From Cyclobacterium sp. (GTDB taxonomy: Bacteria > Bacteroidota > Bacteroidia > Cytophagales > Cyclobacteriaceae), in NCBI GenBank assembly GCA_041685605.1, contig JAWLFL010000001.1:1884-65883 (forward strand): 64,000 bases of DNA, written 5' to 3'. The notes below the pieces were generated by a model. That model ran no database searches. It was given only the letters and a program-made list of their open reading frames with translations, and had not been told where the DNA came from. This document shows, one piece after another, positions 59,241 to 64,000 of this stretch. The position numbers and the translations under genes are program-made. Each line of letters starts with the position of its first letter. Position 1 is the stretch's first letter.

Positions 59241-62029
59241 TGCGTCAGGATGACTTGGTAAAATTCAGTTATGTCACGCTATTGGCCATTCTCTGCTTTG
59301 CAGGATTGGCTATCTTAGTATTGTATTTTTTAGATATTTCTCAGCTTCCTATTCGGACGATCGTTGGGTCAGAGCCTCTTACTGTCCCCCTGGATACGTT
59401 TTTCACCGGGACAGACTCACTCGCCCTTAATACGCAGAACGTTCTTCTCATAGAGCGATACGTATCCGAAGCACCGCTTTCCTTTCCTGAAGGGAGCCAA
59501 ATGATGGGAATGCTAATTTGGTTATTATTTCTCGTGTTGGTTTGGTTGCTGACCATGCTCAAGCGCAATGCCTTTTTACTGGGAGCAGGCCTTCTCATTT
59601 TTTTGTTGACCATCAGCGGTTTAAATAGTCTCAATATTGCCGGAATAGGTAGTAATTTCGGGCTGATAATCGCATTGATTTGTTTACTACTTCCGGCGGC
59701 GGCCATACACCTTTTTTTTGATCACCTGTCCGTCAGCTGGCGGGCAATGATCATTTTTGGCTTAGGCATTGCCTGCCCGGGACTGCTGATTTACCTGGCG
59801 AATGCCCCTTACCCTACCTTGTTGTTTTCTGAAAACACCAGCCTGATGTCGTTTACCATTGCCGCTGGCTTTGTGCTCTACATAGGAAATGCCATTCTCG
59901 CGGGGGTATTTCTCTTTTTGGCAAAACTAAACGAAGGAGTAGGAATAAAAATGGGCTGGCATTTCGGCGGTGTTGGTTTGCTTTACCTGTTGCTGCTGGG
60001 ATTGATGTTGTTGGATATAACAGGAAGTCTGGCAGGATGGCCCTTGCCTCCTTTTCAGGTACTGTTGTTGATTGCCGGGATCGTCGGCTACCCGGTTGTC
60101 GTACACAAAATGAAGCATACTTCGCAGCCTTTTGCGGCACCTTGGGTAGGGAAGCTTTTCTATCTCACAGCATTTTCCATTTGCCTTCTGGTGCTGTTTA
60201 AGGGAATGGGTACCGTTAACAGTCCCATGGTGGACTTTTTGAATCATGTTTTTGTTTACAGTCAATTGGGATTCGGATTGTTGTTCTTTCTTTACGTTTG
60301 GGTGAATTTTTCAGGTATCATCAATAGCGGAAAGGCGATTGGAACGATTTTGTATAAGCCGCCTTTCTTTCCCTTTTTTCACTACCGCTTGGGGGGTGTA
60401 TTGAGTTTATTGATATTTTTGGTCTATGCGGATGGTATAGTAGCCGTTCAATTCAGCACGGCCTCAACCCAATTATCTGCGGATTATTATTATGCCAGCG
60501 AACGGCCCGTAGAGGCTACGGTTTTGTATGAAAATGCCTTTGAAAGGTACAGGGAAAACGACAAAGCCCTCCTTGCCGCTGCGCATCTTTATTTAAGCCA
60601 AAACCAACCCACGCTGGCATTGAAAACCCTTGAGAGGAGCTTTGAGGAAAATCCTCAGGTGGCGGATATCCTTTTGCTGAGCCAGTTGCTCGAGAAGCGT
60701 CAGCGCATAAATGAGGCTATTTTTTACCTGAAGGAAGGCCTGGAGTATTATCCCGCTAGCACCTATCTTTCCAATAACCTGGCACTGATCTATCATGGGA
60801 TGAACCGTCCGGAGGATGCCTTGGCCATTCTCACTGCTATGGAGGAAAAAGGAGAGGCAGAAAATCTAAATGAGCTAGCAGTAAAAATAGCTCATGGGAA
60901 AGTGGTGGAGCCTTCTGACGAATCAGGGACTTCACTTAAGCTTCAAATAAATCGGCTGGCCCATGCGAATGCCACAGCCGGAACTGCCCCCCAGGTCTTA
61001 GCAATGGATACCCTAAAGGAGGCGGATAATCTAATCAACAGGGCCCTATTACGAAATCAGCTTAGTACCCGCTTTGATAGGGATTTGGAAGAGGAATTCA
61101 GAGAAACGGTTGAAAGGCTGTCCGAAGGGCATCAACCTGATTTGTCCGTTGAGGAAAGCATCAGGGAATCCCGCTTACTGTTGGAGTTTCGAGTTGGAGA
61201 GGTGAACGAATTGTTGAAACAGTTAAATGGGATGGCGTTCCGATTTACTGGTAACGCAGGTTATTATCATTCCTTTGCTGGTTGGGTTCTTTCCAGAGAG
61301 GGGGATTTTGAAAAAGCGGCAATCGAATGGAAGCAAGCAATGCTAAAGGGCTTTTCCCGGTTTACTCCTGCCCATTTGCCTTATTTTTACTTTGGAGGGA
61401 TGCAGGAAGAAGCTGCGCTTATTGCGGGAACCCGAAACGTGAACTACCCCACTTGGATGCGTTTTGATGAAGCGGGGAGACTGGTGTCAAATGATACGGT
61501 ACAATTTTACCAGACCCTGGCGAAACTACCTAAAATGCTAGGAAAAGAATTGCTTCCTGCCCTGGATAGTTTGCAAGGCCAGCACTTTAAGCAGTATCTG
61601 GCGAAAGAAATTTTGCTTAAAAAGGGACATTGGCTGGAAAAGGGAAGGCTAGACAATTTACACGCCTTGGCAATGGAAGCCGAAACATCCGAAGAAGAAA
61701 AAGAGTTTCTTCAAAGGTATGTGGAAATGATTCAGAGAAATCAGCCTGCTAAGCTTAACCTGGCAGATCTGTCAACGGGAGGCAATGCGTACAGGACTCC
61801 CATGGTGTTGGCAGCTATCGAGAAGGTTCCGCAAGAGGAGGAGCGTTACCGCTTGTTACAGGAAGCCAGCCAATTTAATAAAGATCCCTTACTCTGGATT
61901 AAATTGGTAAAATATTGCCGAATTATTGGATTGGATCAATATGCCAGTAGCAACCTTGCGATGATGTCAGAATGGATAGGACAGGAAGACCTTACCCGGC
62001 TGCAATTGGAACACCTCAAATTCCACTGA
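59240..62029 (+). CDS. Polytopic membrane protein with C-terminal TPR region
   Basis: Many hydrophobic segments in the first ~400 aa, then TPR-like helices; TAATG overlap with gatC. Confidence 0.8.
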   Translation: MRQDDLVKFSYVTLLAILCFAGLAILVLYFLDISQLPIRTIVGSEPLTVPLDTFFTGTDSLALNTQNVLLIERYVSEAPLSFPEGSQMMGMLIWLLFLVLVWLLTMLKRNAFLLGAGLLIFLLTISGLNSLNIAGIGSNFGLIIALICLLLPAAAIHLFFDHLSVSWRAMIIFGLGIACPGLLIYLANAPYPTLLFSENTSLMSFTIAAGFVLYIGNAILAGVFLFLAKLNEGVGIKMGWHFGGVGLLYLLLLGLMLLDITGSLAGWPLPPFQVLLLIAGIVGYPVVVHKMKHTSQPFAAPWVGKLFYLTAFSICLLVLFKGMGTVNSPMVDFLNHVFVYSQLGFGLLFFLYVWVNFSGIINSGKAIGTILYKPPFFPFFHYRLGGVLSLLIFLVYADGIVAVQFSTASTQLSADYYYASERPVEATVLYENAFERYRENDKALLAAAHLYLSQNQPTLALKTLERSFEENPQVADILLLSQLLEKRQRINEAIFYLKEGLEYYPASTYLSNNLALIYHGMNRPEDALAILTAMEEKGEAENLNELAVKIAHGKVVEPSDESGTSLKLQINRLAHANATAGTAPQVLAMDTLKEADNLINRALLRNQLSTRFDRDLEEEFRETVERLSEGHQPDLSVEESIRESRLLLEFRVGEVNELLKQLNGMAFRFTGNAGYYHSFAGWVLSREGDFEKAAIEWKQAMLKGFSRFTPAHLPYFYFGGMQEEAALIAGTRNVNYPTWMRFDEAGRLVSNDTVQFYQTLAKLPKMLGKELLPALDSLQGQHFKQYLAKEILLKKGHWLEKGRLDNLHALAMEAETSEEEKEFLQRYVEMIQRNQPAKLNLADLSTGGNAYRTPMVLAAIEKVPQEEERYRLLQEASQFNKDPLLWIKLVKYCRIIGLDQYASSNLAMMSEWIGQEDLTRLQLEHLKFH

Positions 62030-62102
62030 TATAAATTAACTCGTTGAATTCCTGTTTTTACCTATAATCTCCTATCTTCACATTTTCAAATCCTTTGTTA
62101 TT

Positions 62103-62819
62103 ATGCCAGAAATCATCAGAACCAAAGAATTGCAAAAAATTTACCGGATGGGAGCAGAAGAGGTCCATGCCCTTGAATCCGTCAGCATAGAAGTGGACAG
62201 AGGAGAATATGTGGCGTTTATGGGGCCTTCCGGGTCCGGAAAATCCACGCTGATGAATATCATCGGTTGTTTGGATACGCCCACCTTCGGTCAATACATC
62301 CTAAATGGAAAAGATGTGAGCGATATGGATGAAAATGAATTGGCCGAAATAAGAAATAAGGAAATTGGATTTGTTTTTCAGACCTTTAACCTGTTACCCC
62401 GGGCTACTTGTCTGGATAATGTGGCTTTGCCCTTGATATATGCTGGTTTCAATAAAAAGGACCGGGATGAAAAGGCCTTTCTTGCCTTGAAAAGTGTCGG
62501 GTTGGATGATCGGATTCACCACAAGCCCAATGAACTATCTGGGGGGCAAAGGCAACGAGTGGCCATTGCCCGTGCATTGGTCAATGATCCAAGTATCATC
62601 CTGGCAGATGAACCTACCGGAAACCTGGACTCCAAAACGTCTTACGATATCATGGATTTATTCCATGAATTACATCAAAAAGGAAATACCATTATCATGG
62701 TAACCCATGAGGACGATATTGCACACTATGCTCATCGGGTGATCCGTTTGAGAGATGGACTGGTGGAATCGGATGAAGCTAATCCTAATCCTACAGTGGT
62801 GGATAAATCAATTGTATAA
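62103..62819 (+). CDS. ABC transporter ATP-binding protein (LolD/MacB-like)
   Basis: [17 protein letters not shown] and ADEPTGNLD motifs. Confidence 0.93.
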   Translation: MPEIIRTKELQKIYRMGAEEVHALESVSIEVDRGEYVAFMGPSGSGKSTLMNIIGCLDTPTFGQYILNGKDVSDMDENELAEIRNKEIGFVFQTFNLLPRATCLDNVALPLIYAGFNKKDRDEKAFLALKSVGLDDRIHHKPNELSGGQRQRVAIARALVNDPSIILADEPTGNLDSKTSYDIMDLFHELHQKGNTIIMVTHEDDIAHYAHRVIRLRDGLVESDEANPNPTVVDKSIV

Positions 62820-62840
62820 TTTGTTTCGCCCGTTGAATTG

Positions 62841-63389
62841 ATGAAGATATATACGAAAACTGGAGATAAAGGAGAAACCTCTCTATTGGGAGGTACCCGG
62901 GTAACTAAATCCCACCTGCGCATTGATGCCTATGGTATCATTGATGAGTTGAATGCCCATTTAGGATTCTTGAGAGATCAGGAAATTAACCAAAAGCGCG
63001 CGGAAAAACTCACGAGCATACAAGACAAGCTTTTTGTGGTTGGTGCCATGTTGGCCGCCGATCCGGAAAAAAAGGCAGTTAACATTCCGGAGCTTAAAAA
63101 GGAGGATGTTTTATTTCTGGAGGCAGAGATTGACCAGATGGAGTCTGGCTTACCTCCGCTCAAGAATTTTATCCTCCCCGGTGGGCATCCCGTAGTATCT
63201 TATGCCCATATCACCAGGACGGTGTGCAGAAGGGCAGAAAGGGCAATTGTTTTGTTAAGGGAATCCTCAACCGTGGACGAATTGATTCCCGAGTACATCA
63301 ACCGGCTATCGGATTTCCTTTTTGTTTTGGGCAGGCAACTGGCACTGGAGTTACAAGTTCAAGAAATCACCTGGCGTCCAGGGAAATAA
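62841..63389 (+). CDS. ATP:cob(I)alamin adenosyltransferase (PduO type)
   Basis: KIYTKTGDKG, FILPGG, RTVCRRAER and NRLSD motifs. Confidence 0.93.
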   Translation: MKIYTKTGDKGETSLLGGTRVTKSHLRIDAYGIIDELNAHLGFLRDQEINQKRAEKLTSIQDKLFVVGAMLAADPEKKAVNIPELKKEDVLFLEAEIDQMESGLPPLKNFILPGGHPVVSYAHITRTVCRRAERAIVLLRESSTVDELIPEYINRLSDFLFVLGRQLALELQVQEITWRPGK

Positions 63390-63395
63390 GTGAAT

Positions 63396-64000
63396 ATGAA
63401 TAAGACATTATCAATTAGCGTTACCAAATCGCAGCGGTCGAAGCTAGCAGATACCAATTTTGACACCTTGTCCTTTGGCCATATTACTAGTGACCACATG
63501 TTTGTGGCGGAATATGTCGATGGGGAATGGCAGAATATGAGGGTGGAACCTTATGGACCTCTGGAGATCAATCCGGCCAACGCCACCCTACATTATGGAC
63601 AATCCGTTTTTGAAGGATTAAAAGCCTACCGCAATGAAGCTGGTGAAATTTTGGTTTTCCGTGGGGATGCAAATCAGCGAAGACTCAATGAATCAGCCTC
63701 GAGGATGTGTATTCCGGCCGTTCCGGAGGAGGTTTTTATGGAAGGTATGCGTAAGCTATTGGAAGTGGATAGAGAATGGGTACCTAAAAATCCCGGTTAT
63801 TCCTTATACATTCGTCCATTTGTTTTTGCAGATGATGATTTTCTGGGCATCCGGCCTTCCATTAAATACAAATTTATGATTCTCGCTTCACCTGTTGGTA
63901 AATACTATTCCAAACCGGTGGCTGTGAAGGTGGAGACTCAATTTGCCCGCGCGGTGGAGGGTGGTACTGGGGCGGCCAAAGCGGCAGGTAACTATGCAGG
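63396..64000 (+). CDS. ilvE: Branched-chain amino acid aminotransferase (3' end outside window; absent from ORF track)
   Basis: MNKTLSIS..FGHITSDHMF..LHYGQSVFEGLKAY..SLYIRPF..GGTGAAKAAGNYA, open to the window end. Confidence 0.95.
   Translation, partial: MNKTLSISVTKSQRSKLADTNFDTLSFGHITSDHMFVAEYVDGEWQNMRVEPYGPLEINPANATLHYGQSVFEGLKAYRNEAGEILVFRGDANQRRLNESASRMCIPAVPEEVFMEGMRKLLEVDREWVPKNPGYSLYIRPFVFADDDFLGIRPSIKYKFMILASPVGKYYSKPVAVKVETQFARAVEGGTGAAKAAGNYA

Noticed and set aside
63634-63879. 81-aa ORF at the window end
   Set aside because: Out-of-frame overlap within ilvE.
1-64000. CRISPR array, rRNA, IS transposase, prophage or riboswitch
   Set aside because: No periodic repeat-spacer structure, transposase, integrase or phage ORF, or recognisable riboswitch consensus was seen by eye; short diverged elements could have been missed.

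Overview
Bacterial chromosome window, most likely Bacteroidota of the Cytophagales/Cyclobacteriaceae type. This is inferred from recurrent TAnnTTTG (-7) promoters, AT-rich translation starts without Shine-Dalgarno motifs, and gene order. The two flanks (1-21.4 kb and 43.5-64 kb) are mostly housekeeping: pyrC, tRNA-His, a GH133-GT4-GH57 alpha-glucan operon, sbcDC, rlpA, rsmA-mgtE, greA, guaA, hemL, leuA, rpmF, pdxA, nfeD, plsC, gatC, a PduO-type adenosyltransferase and a partial ilvE. Between them (~21.5-43.4 kb) is a mosaic accessory region with no integrase, containing several decayed genes. Most notable: (i) a PIN toxin plus an unannotated 51-aa partner, with its own leaderless promoter and an 11-bp inverted repeat in attC/gene-cassette geometry; (ii) a decayed sce7726/sce7725 module with a nuclease-like motif; (iii) a short LeuA lacking its regulatory domain, divergent from a 519-aa helical protein, with a 20-bp palindrome between them (candidate new regulator); (iv) an unannotated unit of sigma54-type promoter, 44-aa ORF and terminator; (v) a TolB_N-TPR-AraC sensor with a palindromic site and target operon; (vi) a terminator-like hairpin in the greA leader; (vii) an sdaA gene deleted through microhomology. 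All family assignments come from motif recognition by eye; no database searches were run.
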